NCBI GenBank assembly: GCA_963822965.1 | Contig: CAWGJT010000013.1 | Location: forward strand, 1 to 64,000 | Reading direction: 5' to 3' | Origin: an uncultured delta proteobacterium | GTDB taxonomy: Bacteria > Myxococcota_A > UBA9160 > UBA4427 | DNA length: 64,000 nt | In this document: in pieces, positions 46,867 through 57,105 of the stretch | How the letters are laid out: every line of letters begins with the position of its first letter | Numbering within the stretch: the first letter of the stretch is position 1 | Program-made: the position numbers and the translations under genes | Notes under the pieces: generated by a model | What the model was told of the DNA's origin: nothing | What the model saw: only the letters and a program-made list of their open reading frames with translations | The model's database searches: none

Positions 46867-49119
46867 TCAGTCTGCCACAGCGCCCGAAGCGCCACCAAGC
46901 CGCACGATGCGGGGCTCGGCGAAGCCGCCGACCAGGAGCGACTCGCCTGCCGGCGCGCTCACCGAGACCGAAAGCTCGAGCCAGGCGTCGCTTCCCGCCC
47001 AGGCGTCGAGGGGCACGTCGACGTCGAACCAGCGCCGGTCGGCGAGCTCGTGATGGGGATCGAGCACCCGCTCGTAGACGACCTCGCGCCGCGGCGCTTC
47101 GGCCGGAGCAGCGGACCGACCCACGAGGGCGATCTCGAAGCGCGTCTCGAAGGAGGGCAGCGCGAACCACATGGCCGGGTGCACGCCCACCGCGGTCCGA
47201 AGCACGTCGCCGGGCTCGGGAGAGAGGGGCACCCGGAAGACCGTCCGCGAGCCGAACGGCGCGGGGCGCAGGGCGAGGGTGCGGCGGAAGGGCCAGGCGG
47301 CGCGCTGCACGTAGCCGGTAGCGGCGTCCGGCAGCACCGCGTCGGGCGGTCCGTCGTCCGGGGCCAGCCACAGGCTGGTCTCCGCCCAGGCGGCGTCCAG
47401 CAGGGGCGAGCTGCGCTCGGGCTCCGCGCTGCGCACGAGACCCGCCAGCCGGAACCCCGAAGCGTCGTAGCTGAAGACGCGCACGATCTCGAAGTGATCG
47501 ACGAGATAGCCGAAGAGCTCGGGCGCGTACTCGTCCATGCGCGGGAAGGTGCTGAACTGGGTGAAGTTGTAGACGCCCACCCGGGTTCCCTTGCGCTCCA
47601 TGGAGTCGATGATGCGGCGGTCGCGGTCTTCGAACTCAGGGAAGGGCCAGACGATGTACGCCGAGCGGTCGGGGCCGGGCCGGTCCGCCAGGAAGTGCAC
47701 GATGGGGAAGTAGGGCACCACCGCCACCGTCTCGTCCGGCGCGGTCTCCGCCTGCATGAACGCCGTCACGTCGTCCAGCATCGCAGCCTCGCTGGGGCGC
47801 ACCCGGATACCGGCCCGCGGCAGGTCCACCAGGGTGTCGTTCTCCTCGCGCAGCAGCACGTAGCCGCGCGCCGTGTAGCCCAGCACCGCGGCCACCGGCA
47901 GCAGCAGCAGGAGGGCCAGCGTCACGGCCGCTCCCCGATGCGAGCGCCAGAGGTCCACCGCGTACACCACGGCGAGGCAGATCATCGGCCACACGAGCAC
48001 CGCCACGTGCAGGAAGTCCTGGGGGCGGTTCACAGTGAGGAGCAGCACGAAGGCCGCCGTGAAGCCGGCCAGCAGCACCTCGGCGGCGAAGCGCGGCGCC
48101 TTTGCGGCGTCGCGCAGGCGCGCGCGCAGCCACACCACCCGCGCGAGCGCGAAGCCCGCGAACGCGTACGGCCCCCAGTAGAAGAGCTTCAGCGCCACGT
48201 CGTAGACGTAGCTCTCCCGGAAGAGGACGTTCTGCCGCAGGCTCTCGAGATCGACGGTGGTGACGATCCCGGGAAAGAAGGCGAAGACGCCGGACTGGGT
48301 GCGGATCGCCGGGTCCTGGGCGAAGAGCGGGAAGAGCCGGGGATAGGTGCTGTACTCGAAGCTGCCGATGCCGCGCAGGTGGTTGAGGATCGTCTGCTGC
48401 AGCAGGTCGGGCAGCACGCCCTGCCAGGCGAACCACGCCCCCACGCACGCGCCGACGGCCGCACCGGCGCCCACGAAGACCGCCAGCGGGCGCCACACGG
48501 GCAGCCCCCGCGCGCGCTCGGCGGCCGCCAGGGTGGCCCCCAGCACGACGAGCGCCGCCGCCCCGTAGTCCTGCTTGCAGTACACGCCGAGCCCGAAGAG
48601 CACGCCCGCCGCGGCCACCCAGCCCGTGCGGCGCACGTCCAGGAAACGCAGCAGGCACAGGCTGGCGGCCAGCACCAGCAGGAGCGACGTGGTCGAGTAG
48701 CTGTAGACCTGCCAGTGCGGAAACGCCCAGACGCGATAGGTCAGCAGGCCGAGCACGGCGACGAGGGCAGCGCGCCCGGAGACGAGACGCCGCATCAGCA
48801 GGAAGACCATCGCGACGAAGACGGCGAACTCGAGGGTCACCACCCAGCGCGAGACGAGGATGGAGGTGCCGAAGAGCCGGAAGATCTGGGCCAGGGCGTA
48901 GAAGGCGCCGGGCAGGGGGTAGAGGGTGGCGTCGCGGTAGAGCTCGCCGCCCTTCGCGACGATGTCCGCGAAGAGCAGCACGTGCCCCTCGTCCATGTGG
49001 CTGAACCAGCGATCGAAGATCGGCAGCTGGAAGGCGAGGGTGCCGGCGGCGACGAGCGCCGCCTCGACCAGGAGGCGCCCGCTGCCAGGCTCCGCGCGCG
49101 TGTCCCGATCCGCCGTCAA
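46867..49119 (-). CDS. GT-C fold membrane glycosyltransferase (paralog of 14746-16983); start uncertain
   Basis: MDEG, LYRD, WAFP.W, CKQDYG, FLADRP shared with the paralog. Confidence 0.7.
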   Translation of the reverse strand: MTADRDTRAEPGSGRLLVEAALVAAGTLAFQLPIFDRWFSHMDEGHVLLFADIVAKGGELYRDATLYPLPGAFYALAQIFRLFGTSILVSRWVVTLEFAVFVAMVFLLMRRLVSGRAALVAVLGLLTYRVWAFPHWQVYSYSTTSLLLVLAASLCLLRFLDVRRTGWVAAAGVLFGLGVYCKQDYGAAALVVLGATLAAAERARGLPVWRPLAVFVGAGAAVGACVGAWFAWQGVLPDLLQQTILNHLRGIGSFEYSTYPRLFPLFAQDPAIRTQSGVFAFFPGIVTTVDLESLRQNVLFRESYVYDVALKLFYWGPYAFAGFALARVVWLRARLRDAAKAPRFAAEVLLAGFTAAFVLLLTVNRPQDFLHVAVLVWPMICLAVVYAVDLWRSHRGAAVTLALLLLLPVAAVLGYTARGYVLLREENDTLVDLPRAGIRVRPSEAAMLDDVTAFMQAETAPDETVAVVPYFPIVHFLADRPGPDRSAYIVWPFPEFEDRDRRIIDSMERKGTRVGVYNFTQFSTFPRMDEYAPELFGYLVDHFEIVRVFSYDASGFRLAGLVRSAEPERSSPLLDAAWAETSLWLAPDDGPPDAVLPDAATGYVQRAAWPFRRTLALRPAPFGSRTVFRVPLSPEPGDVLRTAVGVHPAMWFALPSFETRFEIALVGRSAAPAEAPRREVVYERVLDPHHELADRRWFDVDVPLDAWAGSDAWLELSVSVSAPAGESLLVGGFAEPRIVRLGGASGAVAD

Positions 49120-49244
49120 GGCTCCCTTTCGATTCTCGGTCCCGAGTCCGCTGCCGACCTCTGCGTTCGGCTTCGACCGGCTCGCGCGCGAATCTACCCC
49201 AGGCTCGATTGTCGAGCCGGGGTGGCTATCATGCGCGTCGACCC

Positions 49245-50694
49245 ATGACCCGCCGCCACGCCGAGCCTCTTCGCGGCCCCGCCGTGCGCCGCCGCTGGCT
49301 CGCGAAGGCGTTCGTCGTGAGCCTCGCTCTCGGCCTCGCATCGACGACCGGCTGCCGGGAGGCGCGGCATCCCGGGCGCGTGCTGCTCGTCGGCGTCGAC
49401 GGCGCCTCCATGCGGGTCGTGGGCCCGATGCTCGAGGCCGGCCGTCTGCCGCACTTCGCGGACCTCGCGCGCCGCGGCGTCCACGGCACCCTCCGCTCCC
49501 AGCATCCCATCGATTCGCCGCCGGTGTGGAACACCATCGTGACCGGCATGCCGCCCCGCGTGCACGGCATCCCGAGCTTCGCCTACACGGGGGACGACGG
49601 CGCGAAGCACCTCTATCTCTCCACCGACCGCAAGGTGCCCGCCATCTGGAGCATCCTCTCGAATGCGGGCTTCTCGGTGGGCGTGGTCGACTTCTGGAAC
49701 ACCTACCCGCCCGACCGCGTCGACGGCGTGATGATCAGCGACCACGTGCTGGCTCGCGAGATCGAGGGACGCGCGCTGATCACCCACGCGCCGCCGCCAC
49801 ACGTGGGCACCACGGTCTATCCCGTCGAGTGGGCCGAGCGCATCGAGACGATCCTCGACGACCACGAGCCCCTGACCCACGTCCCGAACCCCTTCCTGGA
49901 CAACCACGCGCTGCCGAAGTGGGTGCTCGTCGACGACCTCGTCCGGCGCTACGAGGAGGACGGCGCCCTCGCGCGCATCACCCTGGCCATCGAGCACGAC
50001 GTACGACCCGATCTGCTGATGGTGCTGCTGCCGGGGGTCGACCGCGTGCAGCACCATCTGTGGGGAAACCTCGAGCCGCCGGAGCTCTATCCGCCGCGGC
50101 TGCGGCCCGAGCCCGCAGCCCGGGCCGCGGGCGTCGCGGCCCTGCAGAGCTACTACGAGTACGTGGACGAGATCCTGGGCCTGCTGATGGCCGACTTCGG
50201 GCCCGACGACCTGGTGATGGTGATCTCCGACCACGGATTCGAGGCCGGCACCGCCCTCATGTACCTGACGGGCAAGCACGAGAGCGACGCCGCCATCGAG
50301 GGCATCTTCTTCGCCGCGGGGCGTGGCGTGGGCCCGGCAGGCGGCGATTCGCGCGGCGCCCAGGTGAAGGACGTGACGCCCACCCTGCTCGCCTGGTTCG
50401 GGCTGCCCGTCGCCGAGGACATGGAAGGCCGGCCGCTGCCCTTCTTCGACGCCTCGAGAGACGTGCAGCACGTGGCGAGCTACGCCGACACCCCCGTCGA
50501 GAAGGTGACCACCGAGCCCTCCGGCGCCGAGGACGACATCATCGAGCGCCTGCGCATGATCGGCTATCTCGAAGAGCCGGAGGAAGGCGCGCCGGCGACG
50601 CCGCCCGACGGGGGAGCCGCTGCCCCGCCGCGCTTCTCCTCCGGACGCTTCTCCTCCGGACGCTTCTCCTCCGGACGCTTCTCCTCCGGAATAG
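49245..50694 (+). CDS. Alkaline phosphatase/nucleotide pyrophosphatase superfamily lipoprotein; stop displaced by a probable 1-nt insertion
   Basis: TTGC lipobox, LLVGVDGA, SPPVWNTIVTG, DRVQH, ISDHGF, LRMIGYLE tail; the TAG at 50692-50694 is 1 nt out of frame. Confidence 0.82.
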
Positions 50695-51803
50695 TCGCCG
50701 TCGCGCTCGCGTTCCGCCGCGGTGCGGAAGCAACGGGGTGGCAGCTCGCGCAGCCCTTCGAAGAGCGAGCGAGCCAGAATCTCGTGGCCGTCCGCATTCG
50801 GATGCACGTCGAACGCGTTCACCCACAGCGCCTCGCCGTCGCGCCCCACGAAGTCCTCGAACGAGCGCGTCACCGTGAGCCCGCGCGCCCGAGCCGCCGC
50901 GGCCACCTTCTCGTAGATGGGCAGGTAGCGGTGCTCGGGCACCAGCTCGGTCAGGTGCGTGTGGAGGAACACGTGGCCGCAGATGCCGTGGGAGGCGGCC
51001 ACCCGGGCCTCCACGTCGAGGGCGGCCTCGAAGTCGGCCCAGGCCTCGGGGTTCTCGAAGTAGTTCGTGCGCAGCTCCTCGGCCATGGGCGCGATGCGCT
51101 CGCTCTCGGAAGGATGGAAGGCGTCCCACTCGAGCACCATGATCCAGCGCGGCCACAGCTCGCGCAGCAGGTACGAGGGCGAGTCGTTGAAGCGGAAGGC
51201 CCGGCGCCAGATGGGCTGGTTGAGCGTCTTGCGGCTCTGGCGGTCGAGCTTGCGGTAGTGCGGGCCCTCGATGTCGTTCAACGTGAAGCCGTAGATCGTG
51301 AGGTCGGGGTGGTAGGCGTCCGCGAAGATCTGCAGGCGGTTGGCCGAGAAGGCCGCGTTGACCCCCGCGAGCCCCAGGTTGACCACCTCGAAGCGGCGCG
51401 CGGCGCCGTCCGCTCCGGTGGCCGGGTGATCCGCGCCTGCGTGGTCGAGGAGCCCCTCGAGCAGCCTCGGGTAGGCCTGCTCCTCCAGCACCCCCCAGCC
51501 CATGGTCACCGAGTCGCCCGCGATCAGGATGCGAAACGTGTGCGGATCCGGGTACGGGCCGTAGTCGGGCCCGCGGAGCCCGCGCGAGTTGGTCCGATAC
51601 GGAAGGCCCTGGAAGACGCCCTGGACGTTGGGCTTCGCGAGATCGAGAACGTCCCGCAGGACCGGCACCCCCGGCGTCGCGGGCGCCGGCTGCGCGGATT
51701 CGTGACTCTGCACGAAGGCCTTGAGCCTCGCCGCCCCCTCGCCCACCAATCCGATCATCACGAGAGTGCCCAGCAGGAGCAGGAGGCGCGGCCCGAGCGA
51801 CAT
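50564..51803 (-). CDS. SGNH/GDSL family protein; stop displaced by the same probable insertion
   Basis: TM anchor, RTNSRGLRG, IAGDSVTMGWGV, VNLG, LND, DVHPN. Confidence 0.85.
50631..50690. repeat. 15-bp tandem repeat CGCTTCTCCTCCGGA x4
   Basis: Four exact copies read directly. Confidence 0.95.
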
Positions 51804-51953
51804 GACGCCAAGGTAGCCCTTCCGTCCCCAGCGAGTCGGAACGCACACGCATCGGACCCGGATGGCGCTGGCGATCAGCGAATTCCCCGGCGATTCGCGC
51901 ACGGAGGGCGCGGTGCGGATGAAGCCTCTCGCTCCATTGATATAGTGGGCCGC

Positions 51954-53468
51954 GTGTTCCAGACCATCCGGACGGCTGCGGCCCCGAGCGGCGTGCTCGC
52001 GTGCTCGCTCGCGGCGGCGCTGCTGACCGCCGCCGTCGGCTGTCGCGGGGACCTCGCGCCCGAGGACGCCGAGCCGCCGCCCGGCGGCGCACCGCTTCTC
52101 TCCGGCGCACCGCTTCTCTCCGGCGCACCGCTTCTCTCCGGCGCACCGCTGCCCGGCGGTCTGGGCGGCTGGAAGCCCGTCCACAGCGCTGCCGCGATGG
52201 GTCACACGGCGGAGCTCGAGGCGCTGCTGGCGGACGGCGTGGCACCCGACCTGCCCACGGCCGCAGGCTTCACGCCTCTCTATCTGGCCGCCCAGGAGGA
52301 TCGACCCGAGGCGGCACGGGTGCTGCTGGAGCACGGCGCCTCGCCGCACGTGCGCGTCGTGGGCGGCTTCACGGCGCTGCATGCGGCGGCGGCGAGGGGA
52401 AGCGCCGAGGTGGCGCTCCTGCTCCTGGGGAGCGGAGCCGATCCGAACGCCCGCAGCGCGAGCGGTCTCTCACCCATCCTCGTCTCCGTGCTGGCCGGCC
52501 AGGCCGGGGTGACCGAGCTGCTGGCCGAGCGGGGCGCGAGAGAGGTGGGACACGCCGTGGACGCCGAGGGAAGGCTGCTGGTGCATCGCGCCGCGGCGCG
52601 CGGCCACGCGGCGACGGTTTCGGTGCTGCTCGCGGCGGGCGAGGACATCGAGGCGCGGGACGACGCGGGGGAGACGCCGCTCATGGAAGCCGCCCGGGGA
52701 GGAAGCGCCGAGACGGTCTCGCTGCTGCTCGCACGCGGCGCCCGGCGGGACGCCACGGACGCCGGCGGAGGCAGCGCGGCCGCCCTGGCGGCCACCGCGG
52801 GACGCCCGGAGGCCCTGGCGGTGCTGCTCGACGCCGGCGTCTCCCCCGACGCGCGCGTGGCGCCCGCACGGGGCGACATCGGCCGCACGGACGCGGGCTT
52901 CACCCTGCTGCACCTGGCGGCCCGGGCCGAGCAGCCCGACGTGGCGCGGCTGCTCCTGGAACGCGGCGCCACGGTCGACGCCCGCAGCCCCGACGGCTCG
53001 ACCCCGCTCTACGTGGCCGCCCAGCACGGCAGCAACCGCGTGGCGCTGCTGCTGCTCGAGCGCGGCGCCGACCCGAACGCCCAGAACCGGGACGGAGCGG
53101 GACCGCTCTACATCTCGGCCTTCCTGGGCAACGTGCCGCTCGCGCGCGCCCTGCTCGATCACGGCGCCGACGTCGATCGACGCGCCGTGGACGCGTCCAC
53201 CACCCTGCATCTGGCAGCCCGGCAGGGTCACGCCGACGTGGTGCGGCTGCTCGTCGAACGCGGTGCCACCGTCGACGCCCGGGACTACCAGGATGCGACG
53301 CCTTTGCTCGTGGCCGCGGAGGCCGGCCACGCGGAGGTGGTCTCACTGCTCGTCGGGTACGGCGCCGATCCCGGCGCGCGCACCCGGGACGGCCGCGCGC
53401 CCGCGGACGTGGCCTCGAGCGAAGCCGTGCGCCGGGCGCTCGCCGCCGGCGGGAAGGACGCCACGTGA
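51954..53468 (+). CDS. Ankyrin-repeat lipoprotein
   Basis: AAVGC lipobox; many G.TPL..AA..G...V..LL..GAD repeats; GTG 7 nt after TGA-TATAGT. Confidence 0.88.
   Translation: MFQTIRTAAAPSGVLACSLAAALLTAAVGCRGDLAPEDAEPPPGGAPLLSGAPLLSGAPLLSGAPLPGGLGGWKPVHSAAAMGHTAELEALLADGVAPDLPTAAGFTPLYLAAQEDRPEAARVLLEHGASPHVRVVGGFTALHAAAARGSAEVALLLLGSGADPNARSASGLSPILVSVLAGQAGVTELLAERGAREVGHAVDAEGRLLVHRAAARGHAATVSVLLAAGEDIEARDDAGETPLMEAARGGSAETVSLLLARGARRDATDAGGGSAAALAATAGRPEALAVLLDAGVSPDARVAPARGDIGRTDAGFTLLHLAARAEQPDVARLLLERGATVDARSPDGSTPLYVAAQHGSNRVALLLLERGADPNAQNRDGAGPLYISAFLGNVPLARALLDHGADVDRRAVDASTTLHLAARQGHADVVRLLVERGATVDARDYQDATPLLVAAEAGHAEVVSLLVGYGADPGARTRDGRAPADVASSEAVRRALAAGGKDAT
52086..52150. repeat. 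18-bp tandem repeat GGCGCACCGCTTCTCTCC x3.6 (GAPLLS)
   Basis: Three exact copies plus a partial copy, in the linker after the lipobox. Confidence 0.95.
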
Positions 53469-56155
53469 AGGATCGCATCGACGCCTTTCTGTCGGCGCGG
53501 GTCGAGCGCTGGGTCGCCGCCGTGCAACGCAGGCCCGGCCTCGTCTGCTGGGGGAGCGTCGTACTCACCATCGCGTTGGGCGCCTACGCGGCCCTCGGCC
53601 TCGGCATCAACTCCGACAACGTGCGCATGCTGGCCGACAGCCTGCCCTCGAAGATCGCCTACAAGGAGTTCTCCAAGTACTTCCCGAACCTGGACAACGC
53701 GCTCCTCGTCGTGATCGACGGCGAGACCACCGAGCAGACTCGCGAGGCGACCGACAAGCTGGAGAAGGCGCTCTCCCAGCGGAGCGACGCCTTCACCGAC
53801 GTCTACGTGCCCGGCGGCGGCTCGTTCTTCGAACGCAACGGCCTGCTCTACCGGAGCGTCGACGAGCTCGACGTCTTCGCCGACCAGATGGCCCGCCTGC
53901 AGCCGGTCCTCGCCCAGCTCGAGCAGGAGCCCACCATCGAGAGCCTCTCGGGCATCATCCGCCTCGGCCTCGACGAGGTGCGCAAGGAAGGCAGCGGGGC
54001 GGCCGAATGGGAGTCGATCCTCGACCAGGTCGGCAATGCCACGGTCAGCGTGTTCGACGAGTTCCCCGTGGCCGTCTCCTGGGAGGACGTGTTGCTGCGG
54101 GGCTCTGCGATCGAGGTGGCCAAGCGCCGCGTGATCGTCGCCCACCCGATCCTCGACTTCCAGAGCGTCCTCGCCGCCGGGCGCTCCTTGAAGGTGATCC
54201 GGGAGACCGCCGCCGAGCTCGGCTACACGCCCGAGCACGGCGTACGGGTGCGCATCACCGGCAACCCGGCCCTGAACTACGAGGAGATGATCGGCCTCGC
54301 GTGGGACATCGGCGGCTCGAGCGTGTTCTGCTTCCTGATGGTGTGCGCCGTGCTGCATCGGGCGCTGCGCTCCTTCCGCCTGATGCTGGCGAGCGTCGCG
54401 ACCCTGCTGATGGGCCTGGTGTGGACCGCCGCCTTCGCGACGGTCGCCGTCCACCAGCTCAACATCCTCACCCTCTCCTTCGCGGTGCTCTTCATCGGGC
54501 TGGGAATCGACTTCTCGATCCACCTCGGGGCCCACTACATCCACCTGCTTCGTGAGGGGGTCCCGCACGAGCGGGCGTTGCCGGCTTCCGCGTCCCAGGT
54601 GGGCAGCTCCCTGGTGATCTGCACGGTGACCACCGCCATCGGTTTCTACGTCTTCCTGCCCTCCGAGTACCGGGGGGTGGCCGAGCTGGGTCTCATCGCC
54701 GGTACGGGCATGTTCATCATCCTCGCGCTCACGCTCACGACCCTACCGGCGCTGCTGTGCAGCTGGCTGGCCCTCGACCCGAATCGGCCGCCGCCGGCCG
54801 ACGTCCACTTCGACGCCGCCTGGCTGCACCGTCTGAGCGAGCACGGACGCCTCATCCGCTGGGTGTCGCTCGCGCTCGGGCTGGGAGGCGCCGTCCTCAT
54901 CTACACGCCGGGCGCCCACTTCGACACGAACGTCATCCGCATGCGGAACCCCGAGACCGAGTCCGTGCAGGCCTTCGAAGACCTGATGAGCATGACCGCG
55001 ATGTCGCCCTGGTACGCAAACTCCCTCACTCCGAATCTAGACGCCGCGAAGAAGGTCGCCGCCCGCATGAACGAGCTCGACGTCGTCGAGCGGGCCATCA
55101 CCCTGGCGGACTACGTGCCCGCCGACCAGGACGAGAAGCTCGAGATCCTGGACGACACGGCCTACCTGCTGGCGGCGCCGCCGGGCGGCGGGCCAGAGAC
55201 GGGAGGCAAGCGGCCCACCGTCGACGAGCAGGTCGAGTCCCTGCGCGAGCTCACGAAGTTCCTCTCCCAGGACTGGGTGGAGCGGGCCCACTCGCCCCTG
55301 GGCGAGAGCATGCGCCTGCTGCGGCAACGGCTGCGGGACTTCCTCGCGCGCATCGACACCGAGAAGGACCCGGCGGCGGCCCTGAAGAGCCTGCAGCAGG
55401 TGCTGCTCGCGCGGCTGCCCCAGCAGGTGAAGCGCCTGCGCGACGCCGTGCACCCCCAGCGGATCACCCTGAAGACGCTGCCGACGGAGCTGGTGCGGCG
55501 CATGCTCGCCCCCAGCGGCCAGGCCCGGGTGCAGATCTTCCCGCGCGACGACCTGCAGGACAACGCCGCCCTGGCCGCCTTCGTGACGGAGATCCGGACG
55601 GTGGACCCCATGGTCTCGGGGGTGTCGGTCAACCTCTACGACTTCGGTCGCGCGACGGTCTCGTCGTTCCAGCAGGCCCTCACGGCGGGGATCGTGCTCA
55701 TCTCCCTGCTGCTCTTCGGGCTGTGGCGGAGCGTCCGCGACGTGGCCCTGGTGCTGGCGCCGCTGCTGCTGGGCGGCATCCTCACCGTGGCGACCATGGC
55801 GGCCCTGGGCATGCGCTTCAACTTCGCCAACGTGATCGTGCTGCCGCTGCTGCTGGGCATCGGTGTCGACAGCGGCATCCACCTGGTGCACCGGGCGAAG
55901 ATGCGGCTCTCGCCGGACGACCTGTTGCTGGGCACGACGACCGCGCGAGCGGTCTTCTACAGCGCGGTCACCACTGTGGTGAGCTTCGGCACCCTGGCCT
56001 TCTCGTCCCATCGCGGCGTGGCGAGCCTGGGAATCCTGCTCACCGCCGGCATGACCTACGTGGTGCTCTGCAACCTGATCACGCTGCCCGCGCTGATCGA
56101 GCTGCGGAAGCCCGATCCCGAGCCCGAGGACGCGGACGCGGTGGCGAAGCGCTGA
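53465..56155 (+). CDS. hpnN: MMPL/RND transporter, HpnN-like
   Basis: GGGSFFERNGLLY, FIGLGIDFSIH, GVAELGLIAG, NFANVIVLPLLLGIGVDSGIH, SSHRG.ASLG; GTGA overlap with the ankyrin gene. Confidence 0.82.
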   Translation: MKDRIDAFLSARVERWVAAVQRRPGLVCWGSVVLTIALGAYAALGLGINSDNVRMLADSLPSKIAYKEFSKYFPNLDNALLVVIDGETTEQTREATDKLEKALSQRSDAFTDVYVPGGGSFFERNGLLYRSVDELDVFADQMARLQPVLAQLEQEPTIESLSGIIRLGLDEVRKEGSGAAEWESILDQVGNATVSVFDEFPVAVSWEDVLLRGSAIEVAKRRVIVAHPILDFQSVLAAGRSLKVIRETAAELGYTPEHGVRVRITGNPALNYEEMIGLAWDIGGSSVFCFLMVCAVLHRALRSFRLMLASVATLLMGLVWTAAFATVAVHQLNILTLSFAVLFIGLGIDFSIHLGAHYIHLLREGVPHERALPASASQVGSSLVICTVTTAIGFYVFLPSEYRGVAELGLIAGTGMFIILALTLTTLPALLCSWLALDPNRPPPADVHFDAAWLHRLSEHGRLIRWVSLALGLGGAVLIYTPGAHFDTNVIRMRNPETESVQAFEDLMSMTAMSPWYANSLTPNLDAAKKVAARMNELDVVERAITLADYVPADQDEKLEILDDTAYLLAAPPGGGPETGGKRPTVDEQVESLRELTKFLSQDWVERAHSPLGESMRLLRQRLRDFLARIDTEKDPAAALKSLQQVLLARLPQQVKRLRDAVHPQRITLKTLPTELVRRMLAPSGQARVQIFPRDDLQDNAALAAFVTEIRTVDPMVSGVSVNLYDFGRATVSSFQQALTAGIVLISLLLFGLWRSVRDVALVLAPLLLGGILTVATMAALGMRFNFANVIVLPLLLGIGVDSGIHLVHRAKMRLSPDDLLLGTTTARAVFYSAVTTVVSFGTLAFSSHRGVASLGILLTAGMTYVVLCNLITLPALIELRKPDPEPEDADAVAKR

Positions 56156-56161
56156 CCCGGC

Positions 56162-57010
56162 TCAGCCGGCAGCCTGATCCCGTCGCCGGCGTTCCAGCTC
56201 GGCTTCGAGCTGGGCCCGGGTCTCCGGGTGCAGATCGGGATCGCCGCGCATCGCCCGCAGCTCTTCCCACGGCAACGAGGCCACGATGCCCGTGGCGATC
56301 TCCACCGGGCAGTAGGGATTGCGGGCGAGCGCCCGGCGGATCGGGATGCGCGCCGACCAGCGAGGGGAGCGCGAGATCTCCACCAGCGAGGAGGCCGCCA
56401 CCGGACGCATGGCGGCGATGCGCAGCACGTCCGCCTCGACGATGCGCGGGTTGTTCAGCAGGTTCGCGATCACCACCGGGTCGCAGTCCTTCGCGAGCTG
56501 CTCGAGCCAGTGCGGGTGGCTGCCCTTGGCGAGGGAGCGCCGGCGGCCCAGGGGCAGCTCGGCGAGCTCGCGCGAGAGCAGACGCTCGGGATCGGCGACC
56601 TCCTCCCGCGCGGGCACCGAGCGCAGCAGGCGCATGATCTCCTCGTTCGCGCTGCGGGACGCCTCGGCGTAGAGATCCCGGCGCAGCTCGTAGTCGAGCC
56701 GCGGTCCCCCCACGCCCGTCAGCACCTCGGTGAGCGCACGCCGCACCGGATCGGAGGAGCGCGGCCGCTCGAGGGCCGCTCCCGCGACGCAGCAGGCGAA
56801 CTCGGTGGGATGCGCGGCGAGCCACTCGATGACGAGGGCGCGCCGCATCTCGGCCTCGAGGACGGGCTCGAGGTGCCGGTCCAGCCGGGCCAGCTCCTGG
56901 GCGATCTCGCGCTGCATTCCGGTCTCTTCGGCCGGAAGCAGCCGCCGCGTGAATCGGAGACCGGGGCCGCCCGGGTCGCGGCCGGGCCGGGTAGACTCGC
57001 CCGTGCGCAC
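56162..57010 (-). CDS. Hypothetical protein with LRV/HEAT-like repeats
   Basis: DPVVIANLLNNPRI.E.DV, IRRALARNPYCP motifs; start uncertain. Confidence 0.7.
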   Translation of the reverse strand: MRTGESTRPGRDPGGPGLRFTRRLLPAEETGMQREIAQELARLDRHLEPVLEAEMRRALVIEWLAAHPTEFACCVAGAALERPRSSDPVRRALTEVLTGVGGPRLDYELRRDLYAEASRSANEEIMRLLRSVPAREEVADPERLLSRELAELPLGRRRSLAKGSHPHWLEQLAKDCDPVVIANLLNNPRIVEADVLRIAAMRPVAASSLVEISRSPRWSARIPIRRALARNPYCPVEIATGIVASLPWEELRAMRGDPDLHPETRAQLEAELERRRRDQAAG

Positions 57011-57105
57011 CGGCCGCAGGCCGGCGGCAGGACGAGCCGGCGGCGGGTCGCCGCAGGAGCCGGGGCGGCCGGAGCGGCTGGAGAAGCCGGAGGAGAGGAC
57101 GCTCG

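Noticed and set aside
50631..52150. Short direct repeats as a CRISPR array
   Set aside because: Head-to-tail tandem units without spacers; no cas genes in the window
49209..53468. Phosphodiesterase-ankyrin fusion protein of 1419 aa
   Set aside because: The middle part is the antisense of an SGNH gene, the ankyrin gene has its own promoter and lipobox, and a single-base correction restores the stops
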